From a virus (lineage: Duplodnaviria; Heunggongvirae; Uroviricota; Caudoviricetes), in the IMG/VR virus record IMGVR_UViG_2531839233_000013: 6,506 bases of DNA; one strand, written 5' to 3'. This document shows positions 1 through 6,293 of the stretch, piece after piece. Position numbers and translations under genes: made by a program. The first letter of the stretch is position 1, and each line of letters begins with the position of its first letter. The notes beneath the pieces are model-generated. The model made no database searches. It was not told the DNA's origin and was given only the letters and a program-made list of their open reading frames with translations.

Positions 1-26
1 TTACCGGAATTGAAGCAGTTTTTACG

Positions 27-581
27 TCAAAAAGCAATAACTTTTTTCTCTATACCAAAAGCCATAACCATTGGTTTGTACAAAATAAATTCTGCCACCT
101 TTAGCCAATGCTCAATGCGTCTTTCACAGGTTCTTAAACTCCATTCCGGATGTGCATCATTCAGCAATTCAGCCATTTTGCGCTTAGTCATCCCCCGCCC
201 CACATAACGCTGACTCAGAACATTGAGCAGCCCGGGATAACCTGCCAGTACTTCACCAATAACCCTGTCGATTATTAACGCCTCTGAATCGGTACAATGC
301 ACCAGCCAGCTTTTTTGCTTGCCGTTGATCATATCCCGCAAAAAAGCCTCAAGTTTAGGTTTGTCCAGACCTGCTTTTTTCATCCTCCGGAGCGCCTCGT
401 TAATTGCCGTTTTTGTCAGCTTTTTAGAGGTCAGCAACTGGTTGAACATATTTCCCGTCTTACCGCCGCCAATATACGACCAGCGCCCCCACATACGTAG
501 TTTCCCCTGAATCCAGACACTTTCCAGCGTGGTGAGACGAAGGTGCTCTCCGCTTTTTCCTGTGTTCGTTGGGTAAATCAT
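27..581 (-). CDS. Phage late-gene antitermination protein Q-like (quuD / phage-82 type), 184 aa from the preferred start
   Basis: The ORF track gives 224 aa from an ATG at 701, but the in-frame ATG at 579-581 (MIYPTNTG...) overlaps the stop of the upstream gene as ATGA and has AAGGA about 7 nt upstream. The protein has the pattern I recall for DLP12 QuuD-type Q proteins (LRMWGRW, LTSKK, EALRRMKK, LLNVLSQRYVGRGMT) and sits where Q sits in lambdoid nin-Q regions. The stop is TGA at 27-29. Family assignment is from memory. Confidence 0.6.
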   Translation of the reverse strand: MIYPTNTGKSGEHLRLTTLESVWIQGKLRMWGRWSYIGGGKTGNMFNQLLTSKKLTKTAINEALRRMKKAGLDKPKLEAFLRDMINGKQKSWLVHCTDSEALIIDRVIGEVLAGYPGLLNVLSQRYVGRGMTKRKMAELLNDAHPEWSLRTCERRIEHWLKVAEFILYKPMVMAFGIEKKVIAF

Positions 582-868
582 AAATAACCGTCCTTTCTCC
601 AGATCTCTTGTGTGCGAAAAACACCTTCTGCATGCATCAGGCGCAATTCTTCTTTGGTGTAATCGCTGGTTTTTACTCTCCCGTCGATTAAATCGTGGCA
701 TGAGTTACAGGCAATCGCTGCCTGCATATCGTGTGGCTTTATCGCTGTTCCGCACGTTCCCGCCAGCCTGTAATGCGCCAGCACAGAGGTTTCGGGATTG
801 TGATTGCAGTAGCCAGGGATTCTGATCTGGCATATCTGGCCTTTAGCCGCTTTACGTAAATTCACCAT
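578..868 (-). CDS. ybcO: YbcO-like putative nuclease (DUF1364 family), 96 aa
   Basis: The translation MVNLRKAAKGQICQIRIPGYCNHNPETSVLAHYRLAGTCGTAIKPHDMQAAIACNSCHDLIDGR... is nearly colinear with E. coli DLP12 YbcO as I recall it, including the conserved Cys/His cluster. Its ATG at 866-868 overlaps the stop of the upstream gene (TAATG), with GGAG about 10 nt upstream. Confidence 0.8.
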   Translation of the reverse strand: MVNLRKAAKGQICQIRIPGYCNHNPETSVLAHYRLAGTCGTAIKPHDMQAAIACNSCHDLIDGRVKTSDYTKEELRLMHAEGVFRTQEIWRKDGYL

Positions 869-1467
869 TACGCAAACTCCAGTAGTTGTGCGGCCACATT
901 TTCAACTTCCTCCTGAGAGGAGAATTTACGGAACAGAATCCAGTTCCACAGCACATTCAGTACAGATTTATAAACCTGCTGAAACTCGACTTCGTCCATA
1001 TTCGCAAAAGCGATGGATTTTGCCCGACGCCCACGGCTACCGTCCGGATAAATATGCTCGGTGTAAAATCCGGCCTGAATGGTTACCCACTCGCGGAAAG
1101 CCTCAAACGACTTTAGCAACGCCGTATCCCGGGTTCTACGAGTCGCAACGGTGTTAAGGTATTGCTCTGCGGCATCACTCAGGGCTGGCGTGTGTTCCCG
1201 ACCAACTGATTCGCACAGGTAATCAACGAAACCAGACAGCAGTTCTCGTTCGCGAGGCGTGATCGCCCCACCGACCGGAGTCCAGTAATCGAATCCCAGT
1301 TGCAGGAGTTTGAAAAAACGCTTGTGGAATGCGTAGTTACGCACACGCTTAAAATCTGCGTGTATCCACTCACCTATTTTGATTTGATGCAGAAAATCGC
1401 AACTCTCCGGCGTCGCCGGGAGAAGTAAACCAGAAGAAGTTTGTTTGACCAGTTGTATATGCGCCAT
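868..1467 (-). CDS. Phage protein, DUF1367-like, 199 aa
   Basis: A clean 199-aa ORF, translationally coupled to the ybcO-like gene downstream. Its size and its position immediately before DUF1364/YbcO match the DUF1367 proteins of lambdoid prophages. The family name is from memory and has not been verified. Confidence 0.55.
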   Translation of the reverse strand: MAHIQLVKQTSSGLLLPATPESCDFLHQIKIGEWIHADFKRVRNYAFHKRFFKLLQLGFDYWTPVGGAITPRERELLSGFVDYLCESVGREHTPALSDAAEQYLNTVATRRTRDTALLKSFEAFREWVTIQAGFYTEHIYPDGSRGRRAKSIAFANMDEVEFQQVYKSVLNVLWNWILFRKFSSQEEVENVAAQLLEFA

Positions 1468-1886
1468 TTCTCAATCTCTCGATGGCGCAGTGCAGCAGAT
1501 GCCAGTTGTTCAAGCTAGCACGCAAATTGTAAACCAGAATGCCAGGAAAAAACAAAACCCGCCGAAGCTGGTTGTGTGCGGTTGCGTTGAAGTCTCCTAG
1601 CCAAAGAGTAGCGGTGACCACTCCCCGCCGATAATCTTAGTTGTTTAATTTCGTAAGCTAACTAGGCTAAAAGCTCTCTGTTGTCTGCCTGTTGTACAAT
1701 TAACAAAATGAACAACGAACTAGATATACCAACGCCAGAATGGTGCAACAAATCCCAAACAACACAGCAATGCAACAATAACATATGTTATTTTCCTCTC
1801 ACGGGATTCAGTCCTGAATTCTCATAAAGCTAATCTTTTTTTAAAAACATACTGTTAGATCACATGCACTTTCTTTCTTAACATCG

Positions 1887-1914
1887 TTGACTTCGCATGC
1901 GAAGCGTTTAAAAT
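1887..1914 (+). promoter_or_regulatory. Candidate sigma70 promoter for the ATPase operon: -35 TTGACT (1887-1892), 16-nt spacer, -10 TAAAAT (1909-1914)
   Basis: Hexamers are read directly from the sequence, 52 nt upstream of the ATG at 1967; AGAGAG at 1955-1960 is a plausible RBS. A perfect 14-bp palindrome CTTCGCATGCGAAG (1891-1904) overlaps the -35 and spacer. Confidence 0.4.
1891..1904. promoter_or_regulatory. Perfect 14-bp palindrome CTTCGCATGCGAAG, candidate operator in the ATPase-operon promoter
   Basis: The sequence equals its own reverse complement and lies between the -35 and -10 elements. Confidence 0.35.
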
Positions 1915-1966
1915 CAACAATTTGCACTTAAGGTATTTATTTTCCCAAACACATAGAGAGTAAATT

Positions 1967-3358
1967 ATGACTGAGAACACGACTCCAACAGCAGACTTTA
2001 GTCCTAGTAAAAGATTTTTTGTAAGTATGCTAACTCGAGATATCGACTTAAACGATGCCATACTTGATCTGCTTGATAACTGCGTCGATGGGGCTTTACG
2101 TACAATAAAAGACACAAAAAAAACTTCAAAACCATATGAAGGATTTTATGCGAAACTTACGATTAATAAAGATGTCTTTATTATAGAAGACAATTGCGGA
2201 GGTATCCCTAAAAGCTTCCGAGAATATGCTTTTAAAATGGGACGACCCCATCAAAAAGAAGAAGAAAATGAAGGCACCGTTGGCGTCTATGGTATTGGTA
2301 TGAAAAGAGCCATTTTTAAAATGGGTAGAGATTGCTCAATACAATCGAATAATCCCGATGGCGCATTCACTGTAGATATAACACCTGATTGGATCGATGG
2401 TGATGGTTGGAAAATACCGATGCACGAGAGTGACTATGATAACAAAAATCCAACAGGCACAACTATAGAGATAAAAAAACTCCATTCTAATGTGGCACAA
2501 AAATTTAATGAGAGCACATATCTTACTGATCTCTTTTTACAGATAAAACACTCATTGTCATTTATTATTCAAAAAGGATTTAAAATAGAATTAAATGGAG
2601 TTGTTGTTGAACATAATCCGATTAACATCATAACTGATCATTCTAAAATAGAACCATACATATATAAAGCTAAAATAGACGATGTTGATATCGATTTAGT
2701 TGTTGGCTTCTATAAAAATTTAGAAGATGACAATGATGATGTTTTAGAAAAAAGGAGTTCTGATGATGCTGGATGGACTGTCATTTGCAATGACCGCGTT
2801 GTTCTATATTGTGATAAGACACATCTCACAGGTTGGGGCTTTGCTAATGTACCAAGGTTTCATACCCAATTTATAGCAATTTCTGGGGTTGTTCGCTTTA
2901 CCAGTAAAAACCCAGAAAAATTACCAATAACAACAACGAAACGAGGTGTCGATCTTAGTTCTACATTGTACAATGATGTACGAAATAAAATGATTGAAGG
3001 GATGATGCATTTTATTCGATTCACCAATCAGTGGAAAGGTGAGCATCTTGAAGAAGGGAAAAAATTACTTAAGTCAGCTCAGTCACATGAAGCTCAATCT
3101 TTATTTGAAATTACCCCACAATCAACTCCAGAAGATAAAAAAAATAACTGGTCCAACCCTAATAGAAACAAAAATGAGTGGCGATATACACCTAAGCTGC
3201 CTACCCCAGTAAAAAAAAGCTCTACTGTACGAATAATCTTCACCAGAGAGAAAGAAGATGTTAAAATTTTATCTAAATATTTCTTTGGACATGAAGATGC
3301 TAGCGCTTCTGATGTGGGGATGCAATGCTTTGATACGGTGATTGAAGAGGTGAAGTGA
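1967..3358 (+). CDS. GHKL-superfamily ATPase (MutL/MORC/Hsp90-like Bergerat fold), 463 aa
   Basis: All four Bergerat-fold motifs are present in order: N-box D34-L-L-D-N38-C-V-D41-G-A (compare MutL ELVENSLDAGA and MORC ELxDN), G1 box I-E-D75-N-C-G-G79-I (compare MutL DNGCGI), G2 box G106-V-Y-G109-I-G111, and G164-T-T-I-E-I (compare MutL GTTV). The roughly 260 C-terminal residues are unassigned. Stop is TGA at 3356-3358. Confidence 0.8.
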   Translation: MTENTTPTADFSPSKRFFVSMLTRDIDLNDAILDLLDNCVDGALRTIKDTKKTSKPYEGFYAKLTINKDVFIIEDNCGGIPKSFREYAFKMGRPHQKEEENEGTVGVYGIGMKRAIFKMGRDCSIQSNNPDGAFTVDITPDWIDGDGWKIPMHESDYDNKNPTGTTIEIKKLHSNVAQKFNESTYLTDLFLQIKHSLSFIIQKGFKIELNGVVVEHNPINIITDHSKIEPYIYKAKIDDVDIDLVVGFYKNLEDDNDDVLEKRSSDDAGWTVICNDRVVLYCDKTHLTGWGFANVPRFHTQFIAISGVVRFTSKNPEKLPITTTKRGVDLSSTLYNDVRNKMIEGMMHFIRFTNQWKGEHLEEGKKLLKSAQSHEAQSLFEITPQSTPEDKKNNWSNPNRNKNEWRYTPKLPTPVKKSSTVRIIFTREKEDVKILSKYFFGHEDASASDVGMQCFDTVIEEVK

Positions 3359-4347
3359 TGTCTGGACAATACATTCCCTATCACTTAAGGCATAATAAGT
3401 CTATTGATAGAGAGATTTTTCTCGAAAGCCTAAACCTCTTAAGCAAAAGACTAAATATTCAAGAATATACATATATAGGTTTTGGTGGTCCGATGCTTGA
3501 AGATTTTAGAATCATGCATAATCGTATCGCTCTTTCTGATATGATTTCTCTCGAAGAACAAGAGTCTACTCACATCAGACAAAAATATAATTTGCCTTAT
3601 AATTGTATTGATTGTAAGCTAATATCAGCTCATGACTTTATTCTTGATTATAGTTTTTCTAAACCATCAATAACATGGTTAGACTATGCCTCCCCGAAAA
3701 AAATACAAACGGATCTAGATGATATACACTTACTAAGTACTAAAGTAAGCTCTTTTGATATTTTGAAGGTCACCTTCCCCATAAATCCTAGTTCTTATTA
3801 CCAACGTAGAGTTGGAGAAAGTTTAGATATTTTTAAAGAAGCTTTTATTAATTCATTAAAATCATTGCTTGGGAAAAAGTATCTTGATTTTAATCTTCAG
3901 ATATCAAATGCAGATCTTTCAGATCGTAAGATTAAAGCTCTTTTAATACGAATTATTACAAACGCTTTTAGATCAGCAATAGAACGTGGTCTTTCAGGAC
4001 GTAAGGATAAGATTCAGTATTACCCATTATCCTTAAATCAATATAATGATGGCAGTCATACCATGTTGACAATATCAGGTTTTTTCTCCTCAGAACAAGA
4101 ATATATAGAGTTATCTAAGGCATGCGACCTTTCTAACTGGCAATTTTATTCAACAAATTGGGAAGACGTGCAAGAAATAGCAATACCAACACTAACAATT
4201 AAAGAAAAGATAAATTTAGATAGTAAACTGCCTGATAAAGAAGCATATCAGGCAGCCGCTGAAGAGTTCTCTTTAAACGAAAATGAACGGGATAACTATT
4301 ATAAATACTATAGGTTATACCCTAACTTCCAAAGAATTATGGTTTAA
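3358..4347 (+). CDS. Hypothetical protein, 329 aa, translationally coupled partner of the GHKL ATPase
   Basis: A long ORF with the same AT-rich composition as the ATPase gene. The ATG at 3358 overlaps the ATPase stop (TGATG), with a GAGG core at 3347-3350 about 7 nt upstream; the track's GTG at 3355 is an alternative start. No transmembrane stretch and no motif I can assign. Stop is TAA at 4345-4347. Confidence 0.7.
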   Translation: MSGQYIPYHLRHNKSIDREIFLESLNLLSKRLNIQEYTYIGFGGPMLEDFRIMHNRIALSDMISLEEQESTHIRQKYNLPYNCIDCKLISAHDFILDYSFSKPSITWLDYASPKKIQTDLDDIHLLSTKVSSFDILKVTFPINPSSYYQRRVGESLDIFKEAFINSLKSLLGKKYLDFNLQISNADLSDRKIKALLIRIITNAFRSAIERGLSGRKDKIQYYPLSLNQYNDGSHTMLTISGFFSSEQEYIELSKACDLSNWQFYSTNWEDVQEIAIPTLTIKEKINLDSKLPDKEAYQAAAEEFSLNENERDNYYKYYRLYPNFQRIMV

Positions 4348-5466
4348 ATATTCGGGCTGTACTCTTTTATTTAATAAATTGTACAGCCCCTTTAATATAT
4401 ATTCAGCAACTATTGGTGACACGCTATTTCCTATTTGTCTGAAACTATGCCATTTAGTTACATGAAAGCGAAACCAATCAGGGAAGCCTTGTAATCTAGC
4501 AGCTTCTCTTGGTGTAATCACTCTTGGATGATAAGGGTGGATCGGCCTGACGGCTTGAAAGCTTCCTTTATCTCTAGCGGTTCCCGCCCTTAAAGTCGGG
4601 CAAAAACCATTTGGATCTAATCTTGTAGATCTTGAAATTTTATCAGTTTCCCCAAAAGATAAGGAAGCATAACGCTCTTGGACGATTTTGCTATGTAATG
4701 TTCCGGTACATCCAGATATGATATTATTTTTTAACTTAGCGATCGATTCTGTATCACCAACATTCCGAGGGATCTGCCCCCATAATTTTTCATAAAATCC
4801 CCCTTTTCGATCTTTTTTAATTGTTCGCCAACTCTCAGAGTCTGATTGCCAATTGGCATCGATAATATCTGGTAATCCATACAAAGCATCTTTTACAGTA
4901 ACCGGATCAATCATTTTAGGCATAAATACTTCATCTGAAATATCAAGCTTCAATGATTTTTTTACACCGATAAAAAAATATCTAGTTCGAATAGTTGGAG
5001 CACCATAATCAGATGCTTTTACCTTGATGGGATCAAGAATATCATAATCACCGCTAACCAAATTAAATGCTTTATTTCTAATGCCAGAATATTTCTCTTG
5101 CATAATACCTGGAACATTTTCTGCCAAAAAGAATAATGGCTGTAATTCTGATACTAAACGGTAGAAATGCATGTAAAGCTGATTCCTGCTATCATCAGGA
5201 TTCCCCTTGCCTATTGAACTAAATCCTTGGCACGGAGGACCGCCAATAATACCATCTATGGGCATATCGTTTTTAAAAAAACCCTTAATTATTTCTGCAT
5301 TTAGTAAAGAAACATCTTCTTGGACGTGCAAACTTCTTGGAAAATTAATTGCGTGAGTATTAATAGCATGTTGATCAATTTCAACTGCCATTTTAACATC
5401 AAATCCAGCACGTGCAGCACCAAGACTTAGACCTCCAACGCCAGAAAACAAATCTATTACATTCAT
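4315..5466 (-). CDS. DNA (cytosine-5)-methyltransferase, Dcm-type, 383 aa
   Basis: Canonical C5-MTase motifs: motif I D-L-F7-S-G-V-G-G12 (AdoMet binding), motif IV G-G-P-P78-C79-Q-G-F-S (catalytic Cys), motif VI F-F-L-A-E116-N-V, motif VIII P-T-I-R-T-R-Y-F-F-I-G, motif X R-Q-I-G-N-S-V-S-P. The variable target-recognition region lies between VIII and IX. Confidence 0.92.
   Translation of the reverse strand: MNVIDLFSGVGGLSLGAARAGFDVKMAVEIDQHAINTHAINFPRSLHVQEDVSLLNAEIIKGFFKNDMPIDGIIGGPPCQGFSSIGKGNPDDSRNQLYMHFYRLVSELQPLFFLAENVPGIMQEKYSGIRNKAFNLVSGDYDILDPIKVKASDYGAPTIRTRYFFIGVKKSLKLDISDEVFMPKMIDPVTVKDALYGLPDIIDANWQSDSESWRTIKKDRKGGFYEKLWGQIPRNVGDTESIAKLKNNIISGCTGTLHSKIVQERYASLSFGETDKISRSTRLDPNGFCPTLRAGTARDKGSFQAVRPIHPYHPRVITPREAARLQGFPDWFRFHVTKWHSFRQIGNSVSPIVAEYILKGLYNLLNKRVQPEYLNHNSLEVRV
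4354..4400 (+). terminator. Candidate intrinsic terminator for the ATPase-partner operon
   Basis: A perfect 9-bp inverted repeat GGGCTGTAC (4354-4362) / GTACAGCCC (4381-4389) with an 18-nt AT-rich loop, followed by CTTTAATATAT. It starts 7 nt after the partner stop and lies inside the 3' coding end of the convergent methyltransferase gene. The loop is longer than in a textbook terminator. Confidence 0.35.
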
Positions 5467-5498
5467 ATAGTTGCAACGTCTCTTATTAGTTTCTATGT

Positions 5499-5528
5499 AT
5501 TATAACACAACTGTTCTTGATGTTTTAA
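5499..5528 (-). promoter_or_regulatory. Candidate promoter for the methyltransferase with extended -10 (TGTTATAAT on the minus strand)
   Basis: Plus-strand ATTATAACA at 5499-5507 reads TGTTATAAT on the minus strand, about 33 nt upstream of the ATG at 5466. The -35 is weak (best TTAAAA-like), which is usual for extended -10 promoters. Confidence 0.4.
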
Positions 5529-5728
5529 CCCCATAAGATAACCTCATAAAGGCTATCCCTTGAAAATACCGGATCGCATAAATTTAATCTTTCAAAACTA
5601 CTTGTCTATTAATCGAGCAATTTAAGGTTGTTTTAGTCATGTCGATACCGACATAGTTAACTAAACCCATTTCATCGTCCAACAAATGGGGGTAATACAC
5701 TTTGATTTATAGTCGGGTGGGTTTTTCT

Positions 5729-5764
5729 CTATCTGCCTTTGGTGTTCATGCCCAAGGCAGATAG
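5729..5764. repeat. Near-perfect 13-bp inverted repeat CTATCTGCCTT(T)GG ... CC(C)AAGGCAGATAG with a ~9-nt spacer, at the right island/backbone transition
   Basis: Read directly from the sequence. No U-tract follows on either strand, so it is not a typical intrinsic terminator. Confidence 0.5.
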
Positions 5765-5897
5765 CCTCAAGCACCCGCAGCAATTCTACTTAACTATCCT
5801 TTTCCCGCAAACCGTTTTTATCCCCAGCGGCAAATCGAATACACAACCAGCACCACCGCCATTACTGTTCCTACATTTGCGAATGCTTCAGGCCAGG

Positions 5898-6293
5898 TCA
5901 TTGATTCACCTTCTGCTCAATATTTTTAAGGTCATTTTCCGCATACAGTATTGCAGTTCTTGCTGCCCGCAACCGTGCTTTGGTGTTCTTTTCTTCACGC
6001 TCGAGGCTGGCAACAGATTCTCGGAGCTGATCGTGTCTGTTATGAAGCTGTCTAATCTCTCTCACCACAGCCTCACCATCGTTCGCACACCGCAGAACAT
6101 ACTGAAAAGGGTCCACAACACATCCGCACTGCAAGCACAGGATAACGTGATCCTGTTCATGAACCTCAATGGCCCGATGCTTACAGCTCTGTTGTGTGTA
6201 GTTTTTTCTGCCAGTTACTGTAATGTTCAGCAGCTTCTCTTCATCGCGCTTTGGCTGCACCAGTGTGATGATATTATCGCCTTCATTTTCCAT
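5898..6293 (-). CDS. Phage hypothetical protein, 131 aa, with a Cys/His cluster and a charged C-terminal helix
   Basis: The ATG at 6291-6293 has a strong RBS (AGGAGGT about 7 nt upstream) and overlaps the upstream stop as ATGA; the track's longer 156-aa start at 6368 lacks this support. The sequence contains CKHRAIEVHEQDHVILCLQCGC and an R/E/K-rich tail. Backbone-like G+C. Confidence 0.55.
   Translation of the reverse strand: MENEGDNIITLVQPKRDEEKLLNITVTGRKNYTQQSCKHRAIEVHEQDHVILCLQCGCVVDPFQYVLRCANDGEAVVREIRQLHNRHDQLRESVASLEREEKNTKARLRAARTAILYAENDLKNIEQKVNQ

Larger units (their letters stand above)
1650..5750. other. AT-rich horizontally acquired cargo island (moron) inside the lambdoid prophage nin/Q region; boundaries approximate
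   Basis: Hand counts of sampled 60-nt lines give about 25-40% G+C inside (e.g. lines at 2521 and 3001) against about 58% in the backbone (line at 1141). The three island genes have their own promoters, and two of them run opposite to the phage operon. Confidence 0.6.

Noticed and set aside
27-701. 224-aa version of the Q-like ORF starting at the ATG at 701
   Set aside because: It would overlap the ybcO-like gene by about 120 nt. The internal ATG at 581 has a Shine-Dalgarno sequence and an ATGA stop/start overlap, so the shorter model is preferred.
10-1157. Plus-strand ORFs 10-207, 297-500, 319-510, 610-825, 886-1116 and 888-1157
   Set aside because: They are antisense to well-supported, family-assignable minus-strand phage genes and have no RBS or recognisable protein features. 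Antisense shadow ORFs of this kind are common.
1179-1621. Minus-strand ORFs 1179-1373 (64 aa) and 1370-1621 (83 aa)
   Set aside because: The first lies inside the DUF1367 gene in another frame, and the second overlaps its 5' end. Neither has a convincing start context and both have odd composition.
1708-1827. 39-aa ORF (MNNELDIPTPEWCNKSQTTQQCNNNICYFPLTGFSPEFS) in the island leader
   Set aside because: It has no Shine-Dalgarno sequence and a low-complexity N/Q/T-rich composition. It is most likely a chance ORF in AT-rich DNA.
1468-1966. Possible tRNA, small RNA or integrase attachment site in the 500-bp gap upstream of the ATPase gene
   Set aside because: I found no cloverleaf-compatible arrangement (no GTTCGA-type T-loop with a matching acceptor stem) and no integrase gene nearby. 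I cannot run tRNAscan, so this is a by-eye negative.
2230-2334. 11-nt direct repeat TTTAAAATGGG (2230-2240 and 2317-2327), encoding FKMGR twice in the ATPase
   Set aside because: Probably a coincidence in AT-rich coding sequence or a small internal duplication. No functional inference can be drawn without homologues.
1855-4465. ORFs 1855-2115 (-), 3094-3384 (-) and 4283-4465 (+)
   Set aside because: They are antisense to or overlap the ATPase, partner and methyltransferase genes, which are supported by motifs, coupling and composition. They are short and hydrophobic or low-complexity.
1684-5738. TCTGCCT at both island edges as a target-site duplication
   Set aside because: A 7-bp match between two roughly 100-bp regions is expected by chance at appreciable frequency, and no recombinase is present. 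It is mentioned only as a weak lead.
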